DNA from: Eledone cirrhosa | Lineage: Eukaryota | Direction: 5' to 3' | Length of the DNA: 64,000 nt | Assembly: GCA_964016885.1 (NCBI GenBank) | Contig: OZ024741.1 | Location: 18,972,001-19,036,000, forward strand | Shown: piece by piece, positions 63,403 through 64,000 of the stretch | Numbering within the stretch: position 1 is the stretch's first letter | How the letters are laid out: the number at the start of each line of letters is the position of its first letter | The notes under the pieces: generated by a model | Seen by the model: the letters and a program-made list of their open reading frames with translations, nothing else | Told to the model about the DNA's origin: nothing | Databases searched by the model: none | Program-made: the position numbers and the translations under genes

Positions 63403-63526
63403 ATTCTGCTCTGATGATACAGTGGTCACAGCATTTGATATTTGAGTTTTGCAAATAGTTATAAATTTGCACATAGCATAACTAGGCTGTATAACCACCG
63501 TGGAAACATTTGTAAGCCCACGGAAT
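63403..63526 (+). ncRNA. Type I hammerhead motif with extended stem II, right-arm copy
   Basis: GCU-CUGAUGA (63411-63417)-UACAGUGGU...ACCACCGUG-GAAA (63503-63506)-CAUUUG-UA-AGC; internal hairpin UGCAAAU/AUUUGCA; distal stem I AUUCU/GGAAU. Confidence 0.68.
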
Positions 63527-63602
63527 AAATTACCTTTTTATGATGTCTACCTGTTATTATTCATTCTTTATATATATATATATATGTATATATATATGTG
63601 TA

Positions 63603-63664
<62 letters not shown>

Positions 63665-63893
63665 TATATAACGAAGGGATTGTGGTAAGGAACCAGATGG
63701 ACCATAATGCACCAGAGTACTCAATACTTAGGGTAGTAGAGTAGGTAATAGGAAAGTGGGTAATATATATATGTGTGTGTGTATATATATGTATGAAGGA
63801 CCGTGACCAGTGGAGAGATGCTGTGCTGAATAGGACCCGTCCCACCCTTGCAAGCAGGGAAAAGCAGACGTAAAATGATGATGATGATGATGA

Positions 63894-63937
<44 letters not shown>

Positions 63938-64000
63938 ATGTATGGAGTTTGTTATTTGCTGAATGCTTTCCATGGTGTTCGTTTCTGATTCTTGACTGTT

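Larger units (their letters stand above)
62030..63571. mobile_element. Foldback element (arms about 62172-62849 and 62907-63571, 57-bp spacer), probable Penelope-like pLTR inversion
   Basis: Arms are reverse complements and give near-identical ORFs on opposite strands (62285..62494 and 63249..63458); the left arm has about 140 bp extra; (TA)n on both sides; hammerhead in each arm. Confidence 0.8.

Noticed and set aside
62285-63458. Twin 69-aa ORFs on opposite strands
   Set aside because: A by-product of the inverted repeat; low complexity, TTG start and no recognisable domain

Overview
AT-rich, repeat-dense animal genomic DNA, not prokaryotic. The SINE, RTE and CR1 content and the (TA)n/(CAT)n tails suggest a coleoid cephalopod such as Octopus (inference). 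The window is dominated by one + strand gene, a class V unconventional myosin. I read 24 GT-AG exons (1342..57600) that splice in phase into 3258 nt (1086 codons) covering the motor domain (P-loop GESGAGKT, switch [10 protein letters not shown], switch II DIYGFE), converter, six IQ motifs and proximal coiled coil. The N-terminus and globular tail lie outside the window or were not found. Introns hold RTE- and CR1-type LINE fragments, tRNA-derived SINEs, MITEs, an internally deleted Helitron, microsatellites and over ten minisatellites, many abutting exons and several built from palindromic units. The most striking hidden feature is a set of 8 type I hammerhead-ribozyme motifs from 7 unrelated short elements, plus 2 decayed relics. 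Several have a very long branched stem II, and several sit in inverted (foldback) elements inserted in (TA)n tracts, the architecture expected of Penelope-like element pLTRs or retrozymes. One myosin exon also appears to begin inside a minisatellite made of copies of its own splice acceptor. All structures were folded by eye, and repeat boundaries are approximate.
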